Of a DNA stretch of 64,000 bases, positions 27,877 through 36,811 are shown in pieces. Source of the stretch: Longimicrobiales bacterium (GTDB lineage Bacteria > Gemmatimonadota > Gemmatimonadetes > Longimicrobiales > Gaopeijiaceae); contig OZ241892.1 of the NCBI GenBank assembly GCA_965203485.1, forward strand, positions 1,664,001-1,728,000, in the 5' to 3' direction. Positions within the stretch are counted from its first letter, which is position 1. Every line of letters starts with the position of its first letter. A program made the translations under genes and the position numbers. Below the pieces are notes generated by a model that was not told the DNA's origin, made no database searches, and was given only the letters and a program-made list of their open reading frames with translations.

Positions 27877-28731
27877 TCAAGGCGACGCGAAGGTCTCCAG
27901 CCTGCGGGCGTGCGAGTCCGCGCGCAATTGGCACAGAGCGGATTCCTTTATCTGGCGCACGCGCTCGCGGGTGACTCCGATGATGCCCCCTATCTCCTCC
28001 ATCGGCTTCGGCGTCTCGCCGTCGAGACCGAAGTAGTGCCGCAGGACCATCGCCTCGCGCCCGGGCAGCGCGGCCAAGGCGTCGGAGATGGCGTCGGCGA
28101 GGGCGCGCCCCAAGGCCGCGTCTTCCGGGCTGGGCGACATCGTGTCCGGCAGGTAGTCCATCACCTGGGCATCGTCGGCGTCGGCCACGGGTCCTTCCAG
28201 CGACACGGGCGGACGCGCCGCCGCCGCGGCGATCTCGATCTCTTCCGGGCTCACGTTCGACGCCTCGGCCAGCTCGCTGGTCGTCGGCTCGCGCCCCAGC
28301 TCCGCCCGCAACTCGGCCGCGCACTTCGCAACGCGTCCAAGAGCCGCGGCGCGGTTCGTCGGCAAGCGCACGATGTTGCTCTGCTCCACCAACGCCTGCC
28401 TGATCGCCTGGCGAATCCACCAAACCGCGTAGCTGATGAACTTGACGCCCTTGGTCTCGTCGAACTTCTGCGCGGCGCGAATCAGCCCGAGGTTGCCCTC
28501 GTTGATCAGGTCCGGCAAAGGGACGCCGCGGTTCTGGTACTTCTTGGAGACCGACACCACGAAGCGGAGGTTCGAGCAGACAAGCTTGTCGAGCGCGCTC
28601 TTCTTGCCCTCGCGAATGCCCTGGGCGAGGCGTGCCTCCTCGGCTCGGTCGATGAGCGGATACTTGGCGATCTCGCGCAAGTACTGGTCCAAGGAGCCGT
28701 CCGAAGGCTCGATGCCGGGCGCAGGATTCAT
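27877..28731 (-). CDS. RpoD/SigA-family sigma factor lacking region 1.1
   Basis: SLDQYLREI, NLRFVVSV, DLINEGNLGL, KFISYAVWWIRQAI and TRERVRQI motifs; 284 aa. Confidence 0.93.
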   Translation of the reverse strand: MNPAPGIEPSDGSLDQYLREIAKYPLIDRAEEARLAQGIREGKKSALDKLVCSNLRFVVSVSKKYQNRGVPLPDLINEGNLGLIRAAQKFDETKGVKFISYAVWWIRQAIRQALVEQSNIVRLPTNRAAALGRVAKCAAELRAELGREPTTSELAEASNVSPEEIEIAAAAARPPVSLEGPVADADDAQVMDYLPDTMSPSPEDAALGRALADAISDALAALPGREAMVLRHYFGLDGETPKPMEEIGGIIGVTRERVRQIKESALCQLRADSHARRLETFASP

Positions 28732-28801
28732 CTCGTCTCTCCTTCCGCGGACTTGAAGAAATAGTCGCGAACCGGCGCCCGAAGCGCAACTCGGCGACGG
28801 A

Positions 28802-30157
28802 TCACTCGCGCCGCAGCCCGTGGCGTTCCATCTTCCTGTAGAGGCTGGACCGTTGCAACCCGACGCGCCGGGCAGTCTCCGCCACGTTCCCTTCGTGCTC
28901 CTGCAACTTGAACCCGATGAACGCCTTCTCCGCGGCCGTGGCGAAGTCGCGGATGGAGTCCATGGCGAGCAGGTGCGCCAAGCTGTCGTCGCGACGGGCG
29001 CCGGACGCCAGCTCCACGACGTCCGCCCGCTCGACGGTTCGCCCCGAGCAAAGAACGAGCAGGCGCTCGACCGCGTTCTTGAGTTCCCGCACGTTGCCGG
29101 GCCAGCTGCGTTCGCCCAGCGCTTCGACCGCGGCCCGGCTGAACTCCTTCTCCTCCGCGGCCCCGGCCCGGGCCATGAGACCGGTGAAGTGGGCCACCAG
29201 CATGGGAACGTCTTCGCGGCGGTCCCGCAACGCGGGCATTCGGACGGGCACCACGTTCAAGCGGTAGAAGAGGTCCTCCCTGAACTCGCCGGTCGCGATG
29301 GCGTCCTCGAGCACCTTGTTGGTCGCCGCTACGACTCGCACGTCCACCTCGGCGGCGCGAATGCCGCCAACCCGCGTGACGCGCCCTTCCTCGAGCGACC
29401 GCAAGACCTTCGCCTGGGCCGAGAGCGACATGTCGCCCACTTCGTCCAGGAACAGCGTGCCGCCGTGCGCCTGCTCGAACTTGCCCGCGCGGTCGGCAAC
29501 CGCGCCGGTGAACGAACCCTTGACGTGGCCGAAGAGCTCCGACTCGATGAGTTCGGACGGGATCGCCGCGCAGTTCACCTCGACGAAGGGCCCTCGGGCG
29601 CGGGGGGAAAGACGGTGCAGCGCGCGAGCGACCAGTTCCTTGCCCGTGCCGCTCTCGCCCGTGACGAGCACGCGGGCCTGCGTCGGACCGACCCTCTCGA
29701 TCAGCTCGATGACTTCCCGAATCACGCCCGAGGCGCCGACGATCTCGTGGCGCACCTCGACTTCCTGCTTCAGGCGCTCGACGCTCGCGGAGAGCCCGCG
29801 CACCATCAGGGCATTGCGAACGGTAACCAGCAACCGGTCCGTGTCCAGGGGCTTCTCGAGAAAATCGAAGGCGCCCCGGCGGGTGGCCTCCACCGCCGTG
29901 CCGATGGTGCCGTGGCCGGATATCATGACGACGACCCCGGACGGGTCCTCCCGCCGGATTTGCGCCAACACGTCCAGACCGTCCATGTCCTGCATCTTCA
30001 CGTCCAGGAACACCACGTCCGGATCGATGTCGGGGTAGTCCACCAGCGCGGCCGGGCCGTTGGGCGCCAGGTGCACCTCGTGTCCTTCGTACTCGAACAC
30101 CCGCTCGAGGGCCCGGCGAACTGATTCCTCGTCGTCCACGATGAGAATCTTCGCCAT
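28802..30157 (-). CDS. Sigma54-dependent response regulator (NtrX/NtrC family; REC-AAA+-HTH)
   Basis: ILIVDDE, GESGTGKE, ESELFGH, GSFTGA, LFLDEVG and WPGNVREL motifs; Fis-type HTH. Confidence 0.94.
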   Translation of the reverse strand: MAKILIVDDEESVRRALERVFEYEGHEVHLAPNGPAALVDYPDIDPDVVFLDVKMQDMDGLDVLAQIRREDPSGVVVMISGHGTIGTAVEATRRGAFDFLEKPLDTDRLLVTVRNALMVRGLSASVERLKQEVEVRHEIVGASGVIREVIELIERVGPTQARVLVTGESGTGKELVARALHRLSPRARGPFVEVNCAAIPSELIESELFGHVKGSFTGAVADRAGKFEQAHGGTLFLDEVGDMSLSAQAKVLRSLEEGRVTRVGGIRAAEVDVRVVAATNKVLEDAIATGEFREDLFYRLNVVPVRMPALRDRREDVPMLVAHFTGLMARAGAAEEKEFSRAAVEALGERSWPGNVRELKNAVERLLVLCSGRTVERADVVELASGARRDDSLAHLLAMDSIRDFATAAEKAFIGFKLQEHEGNVAETARRVGLQRSSLYRKMERHGLRRE

Positions 30158-30187
30158 CGACGGCCTCGTTCCTCGGCGGCGGAAGAC

Positions 30188-30832
30188 TCAGGTCCGCACC
30201 AGCACGAGCGCCCCGTCCTCGACGCGGACGCTGCGAATCGCGGCGGGCGCCGTGACCACGACCGAGTTGGGAGGCAGACCGGGCGCGCTGCGGCGCCCGA
30301 TCGCCTCCAGAATCCTCGGCGCCAGCCGTTGCGGCAACGGGAACGGGACGCCGACCACGCCGATCCTGTCGATCAAGAACATCGCGGTGCCGCCCTCGAC
30401 GACGTTGACGGCGCCCTCCACCTCGACCCCCACGGTGTCGGCCAGGATGCCCAGAACGGGGGCGAGAATGCCGGGCAGCGACGGGATCTTGGCCGGTTGC
30501 GACCGGAGGCGGACATCCACCACGTCCTGCCGCAGCAAGACCCGGACGTCGCTCACGCCCTGGGGAAGCGCGTAGTCGTACGTGTGGCGGAGGAGCGCCG
30601 TGACCTCGGTCTCGCTCAGCCGCAGTTCCGCTCCGCCCTCGCCCTGGAGGAACCCGACCAAACGCTCTTCGGCGGCTCGCGCCACGGCCGGGGTGGCGGC
30701 GTCCTCGACCGCGGCTCCGATCCCGTCGTCCTCGGCCGCGTACCACCGCCAGCCGAAGTAGCCGGCCGCCGCCGCGACGGCCGCGACCAAGACGATGCCC
30801 ATCCAGTTGGGTCCCTTCCTCGATCTCGCCAT
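30188..30832 (-). CDS. Hypothetical membrane-anchored protein
   Basis: N-terminal TM helix, GGAGA SD upstream, operon position between the aminotransferase and the regulator. Confidence 0.75.
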   Translation of the reverse strand: MARSRKGPNWMGIVLVAAVAAAAGYFGWRWYAAEDDGIGAAVEDAATPAVARAAEERLVGFLQGEGGAELRLSETEVTALLRHTYDYALPQGVSDVRVLLRQDVVDVRLRSQPAKIPSLPGILAPVLGILADTVGVEVEGAVNVVEGGTAMFLIDRIGVVGVPFPLPQRLAPRILEAIGRRSAPGLPPNSVVVTAPAAIRSVRVEDGALVLVRT

Positions 30833-30853
30833 CTGCGGCTCGGTCTCCTTTGC

Positions 30854-32080
30854 TTATGTCCGTTCGTCAGCGGTTGCTGGGCGAGCCCCCGCTCGGACGG
30901 CCGCGCGCGCGAAGCTCGCCCGGCCGACCGGCGCCGCCGCAGGCCGGCAGGCGGCGTCGACCGCGTCCACCGCCGCCTCCACGTCCGCCCGCGTCGAGGC
31001 CCAGCCGAGGGAAAAGCGTACCGCGCCCCGCTCGTCGGTGCCAAGCACCCGGTGCACCTCCGGAGCGCAGTGGAGTCCGGCGCGGGTTTGAATTCCGTGG
31101 TCGCGGTCCAGCCGCTCCGCCAACGCGGAAGGACTCGACCGCTCGCAGGCGACCGTCACGACCGGAACCCCGTCGGGCCCCGCCGGAGACACGACGCGCA
31201 CCCCCCGCACACCCGACAGCCCCTCCCGCAGGCAGGCCTTGAGCGCCATCTCGCGCGCATGCACCCGGCCGATTCCCTCCTCGGCCAGAAACTGGCACGC
31301 CGCGAGCAGTCCCGCCAATCCCGGCGCGTTGCCCGTGCCCGCCTCGAGGCGGTCCGGCATGGCGCTCGGCATCCGACGCCGCACCGACTCGCCGCCGGTG
31401 CCGCCGCGCATAAGGGGGTCCACTCGGATTCCCTCCCGCACCCAGAGGCCCCCCGTGCCTTGGGGACCGAGCAGGCCCTTGTGGCCCGTGAACGCCACGA
31501 CGTCCGCACCCAGAGCCGGCAACGATTCCTCCCAGTGGCCCGCCGACTGGGCCGCGTCCGCGACGACGACCGCTCCGACGGCCCGGGCGGCGGCGGCCAA
31601 CGCCTCGAAGGGCGTCTTGGTGCCCAGCACGTTCGAAGCGGCGTTGACGACGAGGACGTCCGCCCCAGCCAGCATCTCCTCCGCCCGGGACATGTCGACG
31701 CCGCCGTCGGGACGGCCCGGGAGCATCCGCACGCGCACGCCCCGGTCGCGAGCCAAGTGATGCGCGGGCCGCAGCACGGCGTTGTGGTCGTACTGGGAAA
31801 CCACGAGGACGTCGCCCTTCCCCAAGAGACCGCACAGGGCCGTGTTCAGCGCGTGCGTCGCGTTCTGCATGAAGGCGATGCGGGCCGGATCGCCCGGCAG
31901 GCCCATGGCCGAGGCCAGCGCGCGCCGGCACCGAAAGGCGATGCGGGCCGCGTCCACCGCCCCGGAATGGCCGCCCCGGCCGGGCGAACAGCCCACGCCC
32001 TCGAGGAAGTCCGCCACTGCCTTGGCCACGGCGGGCGGGCGCACGGCGCACGTGGCCGCGTAGTCCAGGTAGCGCTTCAC
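30854..32080 (-). CDS. Class V aminotransferase, group II cysteine desulfurase-like
   Basis: YLDYAAT, NATHALN, DAAQSAG, TGHKGLLGPQG and RAGLHCA motifs. Confidence 0.9.
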   Translation of the reverse strand: MKRYLDYAATCAVRPPAVAKAVADFLEGVGCSPGRGGHSGAVDAARIAFRCRRALASAMGLPGDPARIAFMQNATHALNTALCGLLGKGDVLVVSQYDHNAVLRPAHHLARDRGVRVRMLPGRPDGGVDMSRAEEMLAGADVLVVNAASNVLGTKTPFEALAAAARAVGAVVVADAAQSAGHWEESLPALGADVVAFTGHKGLLGPQGTGGLWVREGIRVDPLMRGGTGGESVRRRMPSAMPDRLEAGTGNAPGLAGLLAACQFLAEEGIGRVHAREMALKACLREGLSGVRGVRVVSPAGPDGVPVVTVACERSSPSALAERLDRDHGIQTRAGLHCAPEVHRVLGTDERGAVRFSLGWASTRADVEAAVDAVDAACRPAAAPVGRASFARAAVRAGARPATADERT

Positions 32081-32266
32081 GCCGGTAGTAGATCCTCGGA
32101 TTGGGTGCGCCGACGCCTGGGGACGCCGCTCTCGCTCGCCCGCCAGAATAAGCCCGCAGGCTGGCGCGTGACAAGACGGCCGGCACCGGCCGCCGCCGGG
32201 AAACGCAGGCCGCGCGCGACAGCGACCGACGGGACGGCCGCCGCCGATGCGGTTGGTCGGGTCGGA

Positions 32267-33787
32267 TCACGAGGAGACCGCCGCGCGCGGCAGACCCGCG
32301 CGAAGCTGAAGGGCTTCCGCCACGTGGGAATCGCCGATGCGCTCGGCGGCCGCCAAGTCCGCGATCGTGCGGGCGACGCGAAGCGTCCGGTGGACGGACC
32401 GGGCGGAGAGACGCATTCGCTCGACGCCCTGCTCCAGCAACCGGGCGCCGGACGCTGCCAGGCGGCATTGGCGCACCACGTCGCGAGACGGGATGCGCGC
32501 GTTGAGCAGCGACGGGCCGCCGAAGCGCGCCGACTGGCGAGCCCGGGCTGCCATCGCCGCCTGCCGGGCGGACGCCGTGTCCGGCCCCCCGCCGGCCGGT
32601 TCCCCGACCAGCTCGCGCCACGACGCCGGGGCTACGCGCACCTGCAAGTCCAGTCGGTCCAGCAACGGTCCCGACAAGCGCGCCCGGTAGCGCGCGACGT
32701 CCCGGTCGTGGCAAACGCAGTCGTCGCCGCCCAAGCCGCAGGGACACGGATTCATGGCGGCCACGAGTTGAAATCGGGCCGGAAACGCGACCGTGTGCCT
32801 GACCCGCGCGATGCGCACCACTCCGGACTCGATGGGTTGGCGCAGCGTCTCGAGCACGCGTCGGCTGAACTCGGGCAGCTCGTCCAGAAACAGGACGCCC
32901 AAGTGCGACAGGCTTATCTCGCCGGGCCGCGGAGGGTTGCCGCCACCAATCAAGCCGCCCGCCGAGATCGTGTGATGGGGAGCCCGGAACGGCCGCTCCG
33001 TCTTGACGGGGTCCGACTGGTCGAGCAGGCCCGCCACCGAGTGCACCCGCGTGACCTCCAGCGACTCGGGCTCCGCGAGCGGGGGCAGCAGTCCGGGAAG
33101 ACGCCGGGCCAGCATCGTCTTGCCGGCGCCGGGAGGGCCCGACATGAGCAGGCTGTGGCCGCCGGACGCGGCGACCAGGAGCGCCCGCTTGCCGAGGCCC
33201 TGGCCCCGCACGTCGGCGAGGTCGGGATGCGTCTCCCGCCTGCCGGCGGCCGGAGCGGGCGCCGGCCACTTCGAATCGCCCCGGCGCAACGCCTCGGCCA
33301 GCTCGCCGAGCGCCACGACGCCGGCCACCTCGAGCCCCGGCACGGCTCCCGCCTCGCGCGCGTTTCCCAGCGGCACGAACAGGCGGCGCGTGCCGGCCGC
33401 GCGGCAACTCATGGCGAGCGCAATGGCGCCGCGCACGGGCCGCACCGACCCGTCGAGCCCCAGCTCGCCCACGAACCCCGCGCCCTCGAGCGCACGGGCT
33501 GGAATCCGCTCGTGCGCGACCAGGAGTCCGACGGCGATGGGGAGATCGAAGCCGGACCCGGACTTGGGCAGGTCGGCCGGGGCCAAGTTGACGGTCACGC
33601 GCCGGGGTGCAAGCGACATCCCCGCCTGCGCCAGCGCGGCGAAGACCCGCTCCTTGCCTTCGCGGACGGCGCCTGCCGGAAGGCCGACGACCGTGAACAC
33701 CGGCAGTCCCTTCTGCACCTTCACCTCGACCCTCACGGGCAAGCCCTCTACCCCGTGAACCCAATAGGACTGGACAACGGCCAACAC
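32267..33787 (-). CDS. comM: YifB/ComM Mg-chelatase-like AAA+ ATPase
   Basis: VNLAPADLPKSG, GPPGAGKTM, FRAPHH, LFLDELPEF and NPCPCG motifs; GGAGG SD before GTG. Confidence 0.93.
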   Translation of the reverse strand: MLAVVQSYWVHGVEGLPVRVEVKVQKGLPVFTVVGLPAGAVREGKERVFAALAQAGMSLAPRRVTVNLAPADLPKSGSGFDLPIAVGLLVAHERIPARALEGAGFVGELGLDGSVRPVRGAIALAMSCRAAGTRRLFVPLGNAREAGAVPGLEVAGVVALGELAEALRRGDSKWPAPAPAAGRRETHPDLADVRGQGLGKRALLVAASGGHSLLMSGPPGAGKTMLARRLPGLLPPLAEPESLEVTRVHSVAGLLDQSDPVKTERPFRAPHHTISAGGLIGGGNPPRPGEISLSHLGVLFLDELPEFSRRVLETLRQPIESGVVRIARVRHTVAFPARFQLVAAMNPCPCGLGGDDCVCHDRDVARYRARLSGPLLDRLDLQVRVAPASWRELVGEPAGGGPDTASARQAAMAARARQSARFGGPSLLNARIPSRDVVRQCRLAASGARLLEQGVERMRLSARSVHRTLRVARTIADLAAAERIGDSHVAEALQLRAGLPRAAVSS

Positions 33788-33970
33788 GTCGCGCGCCTCC
33801 GGTTTGCGGACTGCCGGCATGGATCGTAAGCCGTCGCGCGGGACGCGCGAATGGCTGAATGGGACACGCCCGCCGGCCCGCTCCGGCGTGCCCGGCCCGG
33901 AAGCTGGCGCGCACGGAGGCGCCGGCCCATAATGGGGTCGTTTCCCGAAACGAGGAGGTGGTCGAAGCAA

Positions 33971-35062
33971 ATGAGGATCGCGGTCATGGCCGAGACTCGG
34001 CCGGGCGAGCGGCGGGTCGCGCTCACGCCCGGCGCCGCGCGCCACTACGGAGACCTGCGCTCCGGGCTCCGCATTCAGGCCGGCGCGGGCGAGGCGGCTT
34101 CGTTCGCCGACGCGGACTACGAGGAAGCCGGCGTGGAAGTCCGGCCGGACCGGGCAAGCGTCCTGGAAGGCGCGGACGTCGTGCTCAAGGTGCAGCCGCC
34201 GACGCCCGAGGAGGTGGACTCCCTGCCGCGCGGGGCGTCCCTGGTGAGCCACCTGGGCGCCGACGACGCGGCCGGAACGGCGCGCGCGCTGGAAGCCCGC
34301 GAGGTGACGGCCTTCGCCGTCGAGCGCATTCCCCGCATCACGCGCGCCCAGAAGATGGACGTCCTCTCTTCGCAGGCGACGGTCGCCGGGTACTTGGCCG
34401 CGTTGCTGGGCGCCGGCGCCATGAACCGCTTTCTGCCCATGCTCACGACGGCGGCCGGCACGATCCGCCCGGCTCATGCGCTGGTCCTGGGCGCGGGCGT
34501 GGCCGGCCTGCAGGCGATCGCCACGGCCCGGCGCCTGGGCGCGGTGGTGCACGCGTTCGACGTGCGGCCCGCGGTCAAGGAGCAGGTCGAGAGCCTGGGC
34601 GCGAAGTTCCTCGAGGCGGAACTCGACGAGAGCGCCGAGGACGAGGGCGGCTACGCCACGGCGCTGTCCGAGGAGCAGCACGAGCGAGAGCTCGCCCTCG
34701 TGGCCGAGCGGCTCCCGGACGCCGACTTGGTCGTCACGACCGCCCAGATTCCGGGCAAGCCGGCGCCGCGGCTGATCACGGCCGCCATGGTCGCGTCGAT
34801 GCGGCCCGGCAGCGTCGTCGTGGACTTGGCGTCCGAGACGGGCGGCAACTGCGAGCTCACCCGGCACGGGGAGACCACGACCCATGGCGGCGTCGTGGTC
34901 ATGGGACCCGCCAACCTCCCTTCCCGCTTGGCCTTTCACGCCAGCTCGATGTACGCGCGCAACTTGGCCGAGTTCGTCGGCCACGTCTTCCGCGGCGGCG
35001 CCGCCGACTTCGCCGACGAGATCACTCGCGCCACCTGCGCGACACCCCGCGACCCGGAATAG
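33971..35062 (+). CDS. pntAA: NAD(P) transhydrogenase alpha subunit, part 1
   Basis: ERRVALTP, PRITRAQKMDVLSSQ, GAGVAGLQA and GGNCE motifs. Confidence 0.95.
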   Translation: MRIAVMAETRPGERRVALTPGAARHYGDLRSGLRIQAGAGEAASFADADYEEAGVEVRPDRASVLEGADVVLKVQPPTPEEVDSLPRGASLVSHLGADDAAGTARALEAREVTAFAVERIPRITRAQKMDVLSSQATVAGYLAALLGAGAMNRFLPMLTTAAGTIRPAHALVLGAGVAGLQAIATARRLGAVVHAFDVRPAVKEQVESLGAKFLEAELDESAEDEGGYATALSEEQHERELALVAERLPDADLVVTTAQIPGKPAPRLITAAMVASMRPGSVVVDLASETGGNCELTRHGETTTHGGVVVMGPANLPSRLAFHASSMYARNLAEFVGHVFRGGAADFADEITRATCATPRDPE

Positions 35063-35067
35063 AGACC

Positions 35068-35346
35068 ATGAGCGAAATGATGATCGGGGCCTACGTCTTC
35101 GTCCTGGCCACGCTGGCCGGCAAGGAGGTCATCTCGAAGGTGCCGCCCACGCTCCACACGCCCCTGATGTCGGGCGCCAACGCCATATCGGGCGTCGCGG
35201 TCATCGGCGCCCTGGTGGTGGCGGGATCGGCGACCACGCCGGTCGTTCGGTGGCTGGGCATCGCGGGGATCGCGATGGCGACGGTCAACGTGGTTGGCGG
35301 CTTCATGGTGACCGACCGAATGTTGCGCATGTTCAAGAAGAACTGA
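35068..35346 (+). CDS. pntAB: NAD(P) transhydrogenase alpha subunit, part 2
   Basis: LHTPLMSGANAISG and GGFMVTDRMLRMF motifs. Confidence 0.95.
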   Translation: MSEMMIGAYVFVLATLAGKEVISKVPPTLHTPLMSGANAISGVAVIGALVVAGSATTPVVRWLGIAGIAMATVNVVGGFMVTDRMLRMFKKN

Positions 35347-35359
35347 GGCGACGGCAAGA

Positions 35360-36748
35360 ATGGAATGGACAGCGCTCGGCCACTTGGCCCTGTTGGCCTC
35401 CGCCTTCCTCTTCGTGTCCGGCATCAAGCTGCTTTCGTCGCCCGCCACGGCGAGGGCCGGCAACGCGCGGGCTTCGCTCGCGATGCTGCTGGCCGTCGTC
35501 GTCACGTTGCTGGAGCACGCCGTGCTCGACTGGGCTTCGGTCGGGGCCTCGGTGGCCCTCGGAGCGCTGGCGGGGGCTTTTCTCGCGCGGACGATACGGA
35601 TGACGGCGATGCCGCAACTCGTAGCGGTCTTCAACGGCTTCGGAGGCGGCGCGTCGGCGGCCGTGGCGGGCGCCGAGTTCATGAGGCTCGGCGGGGACGG
35701 CGCCGTCTTGGGTCCGGCCGCGGGCGCCACGATCGTCCTCGGCACGATCATCGGCGCCGTCACGCTCTCCGGCAGCCTGCTCGCGTTCGGGAAGCTTCAG
35801 GGCATCGTGACGGGAAGCCCCATCACGTATCCGCTCCAGAGGACGGCCAACGCGATATTCTTCGCCGGCATTCTCGCGGCGGCGGTCGCCGTCGTGGCGG
35901 GCGATCCGAATCCGCAGATGTACTTCGCTCTGGCCGCGGCGGCCGTGCTCCTCGGATTCCTGCTGGTGGCTCCGATCGGCGGAGCCGACATGCCCGTGGT
36001 CGTGTCCTTGCTCAACTCCTATTCGGGGCTCGCCGCGGCCGCGACCGGCTTCGTCCTGGGCAACATGATCCTGATCATCGCCGGCGCTCTCGTCGGCGCC
36101 TCGGGGCTGATCCTGACCCAGCTCATGTGCAAGGCGATGAACCGCTCCCTGGGCAACGTGGCGTTCGGCGCGTTCGGCACGGAGGCGGCATCGGCGGGTC
36201 GCGTCGGCGCCGGGGAGAGAACGGTGCGCGACGTGGACGCCGAGCAGGCGGCGATGGTGCTCGCGTACGCCGGCTCCGTCGTCGTAGTGCCCGGCTACGG
36301 CCTGGCGGTCGCGCAGGCCCAGCACGAACTCAAGAAGGTCTGCGACCTGCTCGAGGAGCGGGGCGTGACGGTCCGCTTCGGGATCCATCCCGTCGCGGGC
36401 CGCATGCCGGGGCACATGAACGTTCTCCTGGCCGAAGCCGACGTGCCCTACGACCAGCTCCTGGACCTGGACGAGGTGAACCCGGAGTTCGACGGAACCG
36501 ACGTGGCGTTGGTCGTCGGGGCGAACGACGTGGTCAACCCCGCCGCCCGCGACCCGGCGTCGGCGATCGCCGGCATGCCCATTCTCGACGTGGACCGGGC
36601 GCGCGCGGTCATCGTCATGAAGCGCTCGCTGAGCGCGGGCTTCGCGGGCCTCGACAACGATCTGTTCCACATGGACAACACCATGATGTTCTTCGGCGAC
36701 GCGAAGAAGGCCATGTCGGACTTGGCGAAGGAAGTCCGGGAGGCCTGA
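35360..36748 (+). CDS. pntB: NAD(P) transhydrogenase beta subunit
   Basis: PIGGADMPVV, VPGYGLAVAQAQ, HPVAGRMPGHMNVLLAEA and GANDVVNP motifs. Confidence 0.97.
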   Translation: MEWTALGHLALLASAFLFVSGIKLLSSPATARAGNARASLAMLLAVVVTLLEHAVLDWASVGASVALGALAGAFLARTIRMTAMPQLVAVFNGFGGGASAAVAGAEFMRLGGDGAVLGPAAGATIVLGTIIGAVTLSGSLLAFGKLQGIVTGSPITYPLQRTANAIFFAGILAAAVAVVAGDPNPQMYFALAAAAVLLGFLLVAPIGGADMPVVVSLLNSYSGLAAAATGFVLGNMILIIAGALVGASGLILTQLMCKAMNRSLGNVAFGAFGTEAASAGRVGAGERTVRDVDAEQAAMVLAYAGSVVVVPGYGLAVAQAQHELKKVCDLLEERGVTVRFGIHPVAGRMPGHMNVLLAEADVPYDQLLDLDEVNPEFDGTDVALVVGANDVVNPAARDPASAIAGMPILDVDRARAVIVMKRSLSAGFAGLDNDLFHMDNTMMFFGDAKKAMSDLAKEVREA

Positions 36749-36811
36749 TCGCATCCGCGCTGAGCGCGCGAAGGGCGGCCGATGCGGGCCGCCGCCCCGC
36801 CGGACCGTCCG

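Noticed and set aside
30329..33829. 1166-aa plus-strand ORF (and similar 36782-40918, 3469-6186, 19316-21844)
   Set aside because: Shadow frames of clearly identified genes; long open frames are expected at this GC content.
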